DNA of 64,000 nucleotides from a bacterium (GTDB lineage: Bacteria > Patescibacteriota > Microgenomatia > UBA1400 > PJMF01): the NCBI GenBank assembly GCA_017431625.1, contig JAFRKQ010000009.1, positions 11,874-75,873 on the forward strand. The letters run 5' to 3'. Numbering within the stretch: position 1 is the first letter of the stretch; every line of letters starts with the position of its first letter. Positions 1 through 8,376 of the stretch are shown piece by piece. Under the pieces are notes generated by a model that saw nothing but the letters and a program-made list of their open reading frames with translations, ran no database searches and was not told where the DNA came from. Made by a program: the position numbers and the translations under genes.

Positions 1-608
1 TGCTTCTGACGTCTCAATAGCCCGCGCGACTGGAGCAGTTGTTCATAATTCTTTGAGGACAAACCAACTATTTCGCAATAACGATTAAGTAAATCAATAT
101 CCAAATCTTCAATGGCGGCGTCAGGATGTAATTCGTCTTCAAAATGTCGCGAGCCTTTAGCATACTCAAGTTGTTTTAAGTTTTCGCCTTTAATTTCTTT
201 TGTTTCATCACCAATTCTCAGATATGCTCTCTCATCATTAGTGTAAATAACTTGATCAATACTAGCAGCAATGTGTATTAGTAAAAGTCTATCATTCTTG
301 CCACTATGATTAGTTATATCTAAGTATTCAACCTGATATTGAGGCATTGGTTTGCAATAATTATTAGGCACCTCAGTCAACTTACTGATTTTTGCTTCAC
401 CAACAGTTTTTATACCAACCAATTGTCTATCATCAGTTACGCCAATGGCAATAGTTCCGCCATCAGCATTGGCAAAACCAGAAATATGCTTAGCTAAATC
501 CTTAAAATCAATAGCGGCTGATTTGACATCAAAAAACTTGTTTTCTGGTTGCGTTTTAATGTATTCCAAAGTTATAAGCGGATTAATCTTAGATTTCATT
601 TCTGCCAT
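1..608 (-). CDS. AlbA_2/Schlafen-like putative DNA-binding domain protein (divergent-AAA type); N-terminal part only, gene runs off window start
   Basis: Manual minus-strand translation from ATG at 606-608: MAEMKSKINPLITLEYIKTQPENKFFDVKSAAIDFKDLAKHISGFANADGGTIAIGVTDDRQLVGI... matches the AlbA_2 pattern (FAN..GG.i.iGV.D.g.vvG). Absent from ORF track because there is no stop inside the window. Confidence 0.5.
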   Translation of the reverse strand, partial: MAEMKSKINPLITLEYIKTQPENKFFDVKSAAIDFKDLAKHISGFANADGGTIAIGVTDDRQLVGIKTVGEAKISKLTEVPNNYCKPMPQYQVEYLDITNHSGKNDRLLLIHIAASIDQVIYTNDERAYLRIGDETKEIKGENLKQLEYAKGSRHFEDELHPDAAIEDLDIDLLNRYCEIVGLSSKNYEQLLQSRGLLRRQK

Positions 609-782
609 ATCAGGTATTATACCATGATCTATGTCTTCATCTCATCCCTAAATGCTCACGCTCTGCTCCCAAAGTAGCAACCCCATCTCTACTTCAATTT
701 TTCGCCCAAATGGGCGTAAAATTTAAGTAGCCAGACGAACAAGTCACATCAAACACAATAATGTCGAAAAAAATCGCCATAA

Positions 783-841
783 TTTCGACTACCAGTCGAA
801 ATGTAGTCAAAAATCATGAAAGTTTCGACTGACAGTCGAAA
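783..841. promoter_or_regulatory. Two 19-bp palindromes TTTCGACTnnCAGTCGAAA (783-801, 823-841), a candidate operator pair in a divergent promoter region
   Basis: Perfect inverted repeats seen directly, 40 bp centre to centre, between the minus-strand gene starting at 608 and the plus-strand gene at 1005. Confidence 0.4.
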
Positions 842-968
842 GATAAAAAAACAAAAGCTGGTGTCACAACGCACGAAGCGATATTGCATCTTTGAGGTGG
901 CAATAAAAATAGAGGAAATTAATTTTTACAGTGTGTATTAATAGTAGACAAAAAAGTTTTCTTAGCAC

Positions 969-998
969 TTGAACTGCAAATTATTTTTATGGTAAAAT
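969..998 (+). promoter_or_regulatory. sigma70-type promoter: TTGAAC, 17 bp, TGgTAAAAT
   Basis: -35 TTGAAC at 969-974 and extended -10 at 990-998, just upstream of the ATG at 1005. Confidence 0.5.
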
Positions 999-1004
999 GT
1001 CCTT

Positions 1005-2240
1005 ATGAAAAGTAATTCGCAAACATTTTTACTCATATTGATATTAATATTTGCCATTGTTGGTGTTGGTGGCGCAGTGTATGGCTGGCATCAACACAAT
1101 CTTCAGCAGGCTTACTGGCAGGGCTATGGACAAACAGACTTTGCTGATGCTGACGTAAATTCTGTCGATGCAGCACAATTACCAGATATGTCAATGGCCC
1201 AAACAGACCCGCTCTCACATGGTGTAAAGATCACCAGCAATATTGACGAATCGAGCCATATTGCTAAGGCAGTAACACCTATACCCACTCCTTCACCCAT
1301 CTCTCAACCACTGCCTCTTGGTGTGAAAGTACCTACTGTTACTATTTCCTCCGTCAGTAAATTAGGAGAGGCAGAAAAAGTCATCAATCAAATCGCCAAC
1401 AATAATTGGCAACAAGACACATTAAGTGACGGCAATATTAGGTATCGACGCCCAGATCTGGTAGAACATGGTGTTTTCTTCTATAAACCCGTTCAGCCGG
1501 TAAATGGTATCAAAAGACTATATTTGCCAAAAAATTCTTCAAAGACATCGTACGAGACGCCTATAGAAATCACTACTGAACTAGAAAGGATTGAACCAAT
1601 CCTGGCTATGGCAGGTTTTGTTCCTGACCCCAAAAGAAGTTATCACGATAGGTTTTACTGTTTTGGGTTAGACAGGCTTTTTTACACGAACGAACAAGAA
1701 GAAATTGTCATTGAGTACACTGTTAATGCCAATAGCAGCCAAGCGTTTGACTGTGATCAAGATATTCAACAATCATTTGCAATTTACAATTTTGGTGCCA
1801 TTAATCAATTAGAAATACAAGAAAGTGAACAAATACTTAATGTAAAAGTGAATGATCTTTTTCGTTCTCAGTATTTTGAACCTCAATCTACTAATGATGG
1901 CGGCATTTTTTACTTAAGTTCCACTGTTGATGTTACCACTAAAATTGTTGCCCCCGATCATTGGAAACGTTATTTTGGTTGGTGGGGAGGGAGAAATAGC
2001 GATGCTTTCAATGTCTATGTCGTCTATGACGAACAGAACAAAGAAATTATTTACGCTAGTTATTTTTATCTTGGAAGTTATGTGCACGAAAAAGGCGATG
2101 ACCATGAAGACTGGTTTGATTACTTTACCCAGAGCCTTTGCGAGCCCGATGATTTCTATGCTCAGCAAGTCATTACTGAGTTTGGCAATCCGGACGAGGT
2201 GCAGCTCATTCGACATCAGTACTGTCCAGAAATTAGATAA
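1005..2240 (+). CDS. hypothetical N-terminally membrane-anchored protein
   Basis: 411-aa ORF; N-terminal hydrophobic helix FLLILILIFAIVGVGGAVYGW; no recognisable domain. Weak similarity of the motif AIYNFGAIN to VIYNFGAVN in ORF 38761-39990. Confidence 0.6.
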   Translation: MKSNSQTFLLILILIFAIVGVGGAVYGWHQHNLQQAYWQGYGQTDFADADVNSVDAAQLPDMSMAQTDPLSHGVKITSNIDESSHIAKAVTPIPTPSPISQPLPLGVKVPTVTISSVSKLGEAEKVINQIANNNWQQDTLSDGNIRYRRPDLVEHGVFFYKPVQPVNGIKRLYLPKNSSKTSYETPIEITTELERIEPILAMAGFVPDPKRSYHDRFYCFGLDRLFYTNEQEEIVIEYTVNANSSQAFDCDQDIQQSFAIYNFGAINQLEIQESEQILNVKVNDLFRSQYFEPQSTNDGGIFYLSSTVDVTTKIVAPDHWKRYFGWWGGRNSDAFNVYVVYDEQNKEIIYASYFYLGSYVHEKGDDHEDWFDYFTQSLCEPDDFYAQQVITEFGNPDEVQLIRHQYCPEIR

Positions 2241-2266
2241 GGGATCACTATTGAGAAAGATACATG

Positions 2267-4060
2267 TATGCCAAAATATCAAGTCAGCAATGCTCAAGTT
2301 AGTTATTATTTATCCTTGATTCAGCAGAATATTGTCGCTATTCCAGAAATTCAACGCCCCTTCGTCTGGTCAAAAACACAGGTGCGCAATTTAATGGATT
2401 CACTTTATAATGATTACCCTTAGGGTATATTATCACCTGGCAAAATCCGAGCGTCAAGCTGAAAGATGGCACTAGCTCTGCCGGCAAACAGATATTGATC
2501 GATGGTCAGCAACGATTGATGGCGATGAGGGCAGCTCTTACTGGCCAATCAGTAATTAACAAAAAGTATCAAAAGGAACACATAGCGATTTCCTTTAATC
2601 CGGTCACTCGTGAGTTTAAGGTACAAGACGGTAGCACCCGTCGTGGCAATCAGTGGATTGCTGATATTTCAATGGTGATGAGTAATGACTTCAATCTTTA
2701 CAATTTTGTTCACGACTATATAACCAAAAATCCAGAGTGCCAACCAGACATAATTAGCAATGCTATTAGTGAACTAATAATGATAAAAGGGCGTGAAATT
2801 GGCAATATTATGCTTTCATCTGAACTAAGCATTGAAGCCGTCAACGACATTTTTATTCGCATCAACGCTTCTGGTGTAAGTCTTTCTAATGCCGATTTTG
2901 CCATGAGTAAAATTGCTGTTTATGAAAAATACCCAGGCGATGAATATGGAATGCGTTTGCGCAAATTTATTGATTATTTTTGCAATCTTGTTAGTGATCC
3001 TAATATTTATCAAGACATAGTGACTAATGATGAAAATTTTGTCTCAACGCCATATTTTGATGAAATTGCCTGGCTTGAAAATGGTACTGATAATCTTTTC
3101 TGTCCAGATTACAATGATGTTTTGCGGGTTTGTTCGCTCACTGAATTTGAACGGGGAAAGTTGAGCGACCTAGTGGCGCTTTTGTCTGGACGTGATTTTG
3201 AGACTCGTGAATACAAACAAGAAATTGCAACTAAATCATTTGATACGCTTGCCAGTGGAGTGAGTAAATTTGTTTATCGGTTAAGATTTGAACACTTTAA
3301 ACAAGACATATTACGTGCTGCTGGTTTTATTGATAAAAATGATTTGACCGCTAAAAATGCTATTAATTATGCATACGCTATGTATATTCGCGCTCATGAT
3401 ATTGGTGATGTAGGAGCGAAAACTGATAGTTTGATCAGGCGTTTGTTTGTTTTAAGTCTTTTAACCAGTCGACATTCAGGTTCATTTGAGACACTCTTTG
3501 AACATGATATTAAGATGATTAAAAAGCCAGGTGATTTAGATCAATTTGTAGTCAATTTGGAATCACAAATTCTAACAGATACTTTTTGGAATTCAGTGCT
3601 GCCAGACGAATTTGATAAAACCAATATTGGCAATCAGTTTTGGCACTTGTACACTGTTGCTCAAATAAAGTTAGGACTTTCTAGTTTTTTGTTAAAAGAC
3701 AACAAGGTTCGTGATTTAACTACTGCTAACATACACCATCTTTTTTCTAAAAATTATTTGATAAAGCATGGTGTTGATAAGAAAGATTATAATAAAATTG
3801 CTAATCTTGTTTACTTGCGTGACGATGTTAATTTCGCTATTAGCGACCGTAAACCAGCTGATTATATGGCTAAAGTTACAGAGTTTAGCCATCAATTTAG
3901 AACCGATATTACAACCCCTGAACAGTTACAAATTAATTTTGACGACAACGCTATTCCCAAGATGTTCGTTAATGCTACTATCGAAAACTATCAAGAGTTT
4001 TTGCGTCAACGCCAAAAATTAATGGCCAGTCTAGTTAAGAGATACTACCAATCTTTATAA
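2267..4060 (+). pseudogene. GmrSD-like type IV restriction-family protein (DUF262 N-terminal, DUF1524/HNH-like C-terminal) disrupted by a 1-bp frameshift near 2421
   Basis: Frame a (2267-2420) gives MPKYQVSNAQ...IPEIQRPFVWSKTQVRNLMDSLYNDYP then TAG. Frame +1 continues LGYIITWQNP...ILIDGQQRLMAMR (classic DUF262 motifs) through ORF 2495-4060; C-terminus has IHHLFSKNYL...NLVYL (DUF1524-like). One missing T in cctTAggg would restore the frame. Confidence 0.6.
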
Positions 4061-4063
4061 AAG

Positions 4064-4135
4064 CTCCCCGACTAGGACTCGAACCTAGAACCTACCGGTT
4101 AACAGCCGGGCGCTCTGCCATTGAGCTATCAGGGA
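4064..4135 (-). tRNA. tRNA-Asn (GTT)
   Basis: Reverse complement tccctgatagctcaatggcagagcgcccggctGTTaaccggtaggttctaggttcgagtcctagtcggggag folds as a cloverleaf (7-bp acceptor with one G-U, TTCGAGT T-loop); anticodon loop CTGTTAA. Confidence 0.8.
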
Positions 4136-4250
4136 AGGGTTCATTTTCCAGAACAAGAGGTATTATACCACAAAGTCACAATTTTGGGAATAGCAAATTG
4201 CAGTGAACCAGCAGTTGAGTCCAAGACGCGCCAATTTGGCATCGAGAGTG

Positions 4251-4321
4251 CAGGCCCAGAGGGAATCGAACCCCCATTAAAGGTTTTGGAGACCTCTGTA
4301 CTACCATTATACTATGAGCCT
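4251..4321 (-). tRNA. tRNA-Trp (CCA)
   Basis: Reverse complement aggctcatagtataatggtagtacagaggtctCCAaaacctttaatgggggttcgattccctctgggcctg; anticodon loop CTCCAAA; T-loop TTCGATT. The plus-strand ORF 4121-4393 that overlaps both tRNAs is spurious. Confidence 0.8.
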
Positions 4322-4393
4322 CGTGTTAAAGATAGTTTATTATACCTCAAAATTGACCAAAACCGCGAGCAATTTGTGAAGCCTGATCACTGA

Positions 4394-4407
4394 GTTTGTG
4401 GTATAAT
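4394..4407 (+). promoter_or_regulatory. extended -10 TGtgGTATAAT promoter element upstream of mscL
   Basis: tttgtggtataat seen directly 9 bp before the 4416 start; the same motif family recurs at 24028 and 54052. Confidence 0.45.
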
Positions 4408-4415
4408 AGGCGTCA

Positions 4416-4925
4416 TTGACGATCAAGAAAGGCCAAATGAGCACCAACAAAAAAAATCTACCAAAATCAGTGCTACCTATCGACGCTCTAGACGACGCTA
4501 CCGCCGCCATCGCCAAGGTCAAAAAAATTCCTCTAGTGCAAGAATTTAGTGATTTTATCGCTCGTGGCAATGTCATTGATCTGGCTGTCGGTGTCATTAT
4601 CGGCGGCGCTTTTGGCAAAATTGTCAGCTCGCTGGTAGACGATATTTTGATGCCGATTCTCGGCGTCTTGCTTAATGGGATAGATTTTTCTGGCCTGAGT
4701 CTCCAGGTCAAAGACGCCCAAATTAATTACGGGCTTTTCTTGCAAAATGTAGTGGATTTTTTGATTGTCGCTATCTGCATTTTTTTCATCGTCAAAGCTG
4801 TCAATAAATTCATGCGGGCTAACCAGACTCAAAGCGAGCCTGCACCCACACCCAAGGGGCCCAGCATTGAGGAAAAGCAGCTCAAACTCCTTGAGGAAAT
4901 CCGCGATAGCCTCGCCAAAAAATAG
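4416..4925 (+). CDS. mscL: large-conductance mechanosensitive channel MscL
   Basis: EFSDFIARGNVIDLAVGVIIGGAFGKIVSSLVDDILMPILG is the canonical MscL TM1/loop signature; the start may be the internal ATG at 4437. Confidence 0.9.
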   Translation: MTIKKGQMSTNKKNLPKSVLPIDALDDATAAIAKVKKIPLVQEFSDFIARGNVIDLAVGVIIGGAFGKIVSSLVDDILMPILGVLLNGIDFSGLSLQVKDAQINYGLFLQNVVDFLIVAICIFFIVKAVNKFMRANQTQSEPAPTPKGPSIEEKQLKLLEEIRDSLAKK

Positions 4926-5008
4926 TCTACTGACCAAAAAGACTTGCAACTTGTCACCAAAGTGTGTATAATGACACGGAGTGTTGAAGTAGACACTCAA
5001 GCACTAAG

Positions 5009-6937
5009 ATGACACAGGCGCAAACTGACACGAGCAACAAATTTGATTTGGATTTGGTCATGCCGGCTTTTGATGAGACGCTGGCCGAGCTGGAAAAGTT
5101 GGTGCCACCCACCAAAAAAACCAGAGGTGAAACTATCCATCAGCCAGGACGATGGGACAACCAAATGGAACAACTCCAAGCTCAAATCGAAGAGCTGTCC
5201 AAACAATTGGAAACTCAAAGCCAAGAACTCGCGCAGACGCTCAAAAGCGAGGTTGCTGAGCCCACAAGCAAACCCCAGGCAGACACAGATGCCCATAAAA
5301 ACATTGATAAAAAGGAAAAAAATGCCTCTACCCTGTTGACTCCAGATTTGCAGCCAGATTTCACCAGCAATGTCCAAAACTGGACTGATAATCCTTTCAA
5401 TAGAGACTTTAGTGTCTATCGCGGTCACGCTCAGCCGCCTATCGCCAGTGTCACCCCAGTGTCAGAGACACCCACCAGTGAAGAAAAACCCCTGCCTCCG
5501 GCTACTGATCCCGACCAAACCACTGTCGTGCCTATTCCCGATGGCGAGCTGATGGTTGGCGAGCCGGCCAAGGCTCCAGCCTCTCAGGATCATTGGCACT
5601 TGATGCGACCACGTGTCAGTCCACCTGTACCCACCGAATCAGCACCCGCCCGGACTATGATCACCAAGCACCCCGAGCCAACGCCAGCGAATACAATCAG
5701 TCAAGATCTCCCCCACCGCTCAGACCCGGATCGGCCCACTGCCACGCCCACGCCCGCCACTGATAAGCCCGGTACAGATGAGCCAAAAACCGAAGTTTTA
5801 CAACCAGACATTGTCGAGGCAAACCGCCAAGAGACACCAGTGCCTGTAACTAATATTGCTGGCCTCCAGCATGCCCGCGCGTTGGCCGCCGATGCGCCCA
5901 CTGAGCCCGTCACCCCCACCAAGATCTTAGCCCCACGCGACAGTGAGCCAGAGCCGGCTCCCGTCATTGTTGACCCCAAGGCAGAAACTCCAGTCCCGCC
6001 AGACACCCAAGTTGACAACTCAACTCCAACACCGGCTCAAGAGGTGACGACTACCGACACCGAGTCTGACAAAGCTGACACCTCGACTTTATCCTCCAGT
6101 GATTTTGCGCTCTCGGACGATGAACAGGCAGCCCTAGGTCTCACCGCTGAAGAAAAAAAACTCCTAAAAAAAATGCGCCGCCGCCAGGAAAAAAGGCATT
6201 CGGCCAGTCATGGCGCTTTGGTCGCTCTTTTGTCTTTGCTCATCATCATTGCTTTGGCACTGACCGCTGCCTGGGTATGGTTTGGCGGCGTGGAAAGCGA
6301 GCAGTATGCTAGTGAGGGCCATCACGCGCCCACCCAAACAGTCACCCGTGAGAGCCTCCAACAAATGGTGGCTACACCCGCTTACACTCTCACTTATTAT
6401 CCGGTAGGCAATCAGTCGCTGACAATCGAAATCGTCCACTCCGGTACTAGTACCCTCGTGCGCGATGTCACGATGGGACGGACTTACTTGCAAAAAAATG
6501 GTCAGTTCTACGATCTGGGGCCAGCAGGTCAGACGGCTACTAAGTTGGATCAACCGCCTGCTGGTTTTGACAACTATCTAGTACTCACGCCAGAGATACT
6601 GGGGGCCAAACAAGCCGAGGAGTCTGTTTCTTTGCATGGCCAACTTTATGTTGCTGAAAGTTACGGCGATTACACCGCCTATTTCCAAGAAGGCGACTTG
6701 AAGATCATTGCCCGCCAGACGGCTCAAGGTGAGCCTAGCGAGTATGCCATCCAAACGTTTACCAAAACAGCCGCGCCGGATTTTGATGCCCTGCCTGGAG
6801 AGGCTAGTGAATCAACCGCTCCAGAAAGCACCCAAGCGGCCAGTAATAAAATCAAGCTCGAGACGGTAGCAATTGATATGCCTGAGAATAATGTCATGGG
6901 TGAGCTGGCCGTTGGCCAATACATTGTTTTTGACTAA
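5009..6937 (+). CDS. Pro/Thr-rich low-complexity protein with a central transmembrane helix
   Basis: 642-aa ORF; N-terminal coiled-coil-like QLQAQIEELSKQLETQSQEL; long P/T-rich tracts; TM segment HGALVALLSLLIIIALALTAAWVWFGG. Upstream promoter TTGCAA, 17 bp, TGtgTATAAT at about 4947-4975. Confidence 0.6.
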   Translation: MTQAQTDTSNKFDLDLVMPAFDETLAELEKLVPPTKKTRGETIHQPGRWDNQMEQLQAQIEELSKQLETQSQELAQTLKSEVAEPTSKPQADTDAHKNIDKKEKNASTLLTPDLQPDFTSNVQNWTDNPFNRDFSVYRGHAQPPIASVTPVSETPTSEEKPLPPATDPDQTTVVPIPDGELMVGEPAKAPASQDHWHLMRPRVSPPVPTESAPARTMITKHPEPTPANTISQDLPHRSDPDRPTATPTPATDKPGTDEPKTEVLQPDIVEANRQETPVPVTNIAGLQHARALAADAPTEPVTPTKILAPRDSEPEPAPVIVDPKAETPVPPDTQVDNSTPTPAQEVTTTDTESDKADTSTLSSSDFALSDDEQAALGLTAEEKKLLKKMRRRQEKRHSASHGALVALLSLLIIIALALTAAWVWFGGVESEQYASEGHHAPTQTVTRESLQQMVATPAYTLTYYPVGNQSLTIEIVHSGTSTLVRDVTMGRTYLQKNGQFYDLGPAGQTATKLDQPPAGFDNYLVLTPEILGAKQAEESVSLHGQLYVAESYGDYTAYFQEGDLKIIARQTAQGEPSEYAIQTFTKTAAPDFDALPGEASESTAPESTQAASNKIKLETVAIDMPENNVMGELAVGQYIVFD

Positions 6938-7120
6938 AGTTGTGAGCCTTCTGTACTCACAGTGATAATTATTATTGATAGATCAATGTTTTTTTGTGAG
7001 CCTTAAAGGCTCACATAATTCATCCGGTCACAAAGCCCACCCGTCGCAGCTCTGCTAGGTCACATATACCACGAGCAACTCGTTGCCTCATAAACTGATA
7101 AGCCAGGCGTAGCCGTGATC

Positions 7121-7519
7121 TTAGAGGGTAGGAATGGAGAGTTTGTTTGCATCGCCAAAACCAATAGTGATGACTAGGTTGAAAATAGCCCAAACGGAAG
7201 CCAAAAGCAAAATCCCAATAGCGGCCGCCAACATCCGATTACGCGCCTCTTCGGTCTTACCTTTATCCCCTTCAGAGGTGATCCAGTTGATCGCTCCCAT
7301 GATCAAATTGTACAGACACAAAAGTGCACCGGCCACAATCGCGATCGTAATGACCCGCTGGACGATAGTTTCCGCATTACTATTCGTCATGGTACTTGGC
7401 TTGACACTACCGATGGCAAACTCATCAGCTTGCACTCGCGGCATCGCTAGTCCCAGACCCAAGCTGAGTACCAGTCCACCAGTCACAATTACTCTTTGGG
7501 ATAAACTCATTTTTTTCAT
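7121..7519 (-). CDS. small two-TM secreted membrane protein, TrbC/VirB2-like pilin candidate
   Basis: Signal peptide, then two hydrophobic helices separated by the loop GDKGKTEEARN; paralog of 7736-8167. Family assignment is from topology only. Confidence 0.4.
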   Translation of the reverse strand: MKKMSLSQRVIVTGGLVLSLGLGLAMPRVQADEFAIGSVKPSTMTNSNAETIVQRVITIAIVAGALLCLYNLIMGAINWITSEGDKGKTEEARNRMLAAAIGILLLASVWAIFNLVITIGFGDANKLSIPTL

Positions 7520-7735
7520 ATCGGCCTTATTGCATCTTTATCAGATTGCTAGTTATTATAATATAAATTTTTATTGCTGTCAATATGTAATTTTTATTGA
7601 TACATAAAAATTTTTTTCATAAAATGTCAAAATAATTATTACTATAATTATGACCAGAGGCCATCAAGAATGACAATTGACAAGTGGCTCCCAGTGCCTT
7701 ATAATGATAGCAAGGCATAGATGGAAAGGTAACTG

Positions 7736-8167
7736 ATGACCAGTAAAAAAACTCAATATTGGGGAAAATTCATTCTGTTAGAATCTATTTTGGGTGGTTT
7801 TTTGATCGCGTTGGCGCGCCCCTGCGTGCCCATTGCTGGGGCGCAAAGTTCAGTCGCTTTTAGTCTCGCGCCAGCGGTTTCGCCTGCCGGTAGCATCGCT
7901 GTTGAGACCAACTCGCAAACACTTTTGAGTCGGATTATCACTTTAGTCATCGTGGTGGCGGCACTCCTTGCCCTTTATAATCTGATTATGGGCGCTATTG
8001 ACTACATTAATTCTGGTGGTGACAAGAGCAAAACTGAGGAAGCTCGCGGTCGTATCATTGCCGCTGTTATCGGGCTTTTGGTGCTCGCCTCAGTCTGGGC
8101 GATCTTTAATTTGGTCGTCACTGTGGGCTTTGGTGGTGCTAGCAACCTTAATATCCAGCAATTCTAA
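7736..8167 (+). CDS. small two-TM secreted membrane protein, TrbC/VirB2-like pilin candidate (divergent paralog of 7121-7519)
   Basis: Shared core LYNLIMGAIDYINSGGDKSKTEEARGRIIAAVIGLLVLASVWAIFNLVVTVGFG; divergent AT-rich promoter region 7520-7735. Confidence 0.4.
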   Translation: MTSKKTQYWGKFILLESILGGFLIALARPCVPIAGAQSSVAFSLAPAVSPAGSIAVETNSQTLLSRIITLVIVVAALLALYNLIMGAIDYINSGGDKSKTEEARGRIIAAVIGLLVLASVWAIFNLVVTVGFGGASNLNIQQF

Positions 8168-8186
8168 AATCCTGATCCAAAAAAAC

Positions 8187-8212
8187 AAAATCCCGGCAAG
8201 ACCGGGATTTTT
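8187..8212 (+). terminator. rho-independent terminator
   Basis: aaaatcccgg-caaga-ccgggatttt stem-loop plus T-run directly after the 8167 stop. Confidence 0.7.
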
Positions 8213-8228
8213 AGTAGCCTCCTACAAT

Positions 8229-8275
8229 TTGATAATCATTATCAAATTTGCCATTAAATTGATAGTCATTATCAA
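8229..8275. promoter_or_regulatory. two Fur-box-like 7-1-7 palindromes: TTGATAATCATTATCAA (8229-8245) and TTGATAGTCATTATCAA (8259-8275)
   Basis: Perfect match to the TGATAATnATTATCA Fur 7-1-7 consensus; unusually placed between two convergent 3' ends. Confidence 0.45.
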
Positions 8276-8376
8276 TTTCCAGACTAGACACAAAAGTGCC
8301 CTCTATACAGAGGGCCGATTCTTTGATTGTGAGCCGACCGCCAGTGGAGGCCAGCGGTAGCTTGAGTGAAAACCAA

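Noticed and set aside
4121-4393. 90-aa plus-strand ORF
   Set aside because: It spans both tRNA-Asn and tRNA-Trp on the opposite strand and their promoters; spurious.
5043-6553. Multiple 60-130-aa ORFs inside and antisense to the 5009-6937 Pro/Thr-rich gene
   Set aside because: They are frame-shifted or antisense readings of low-complexity coding DNA.
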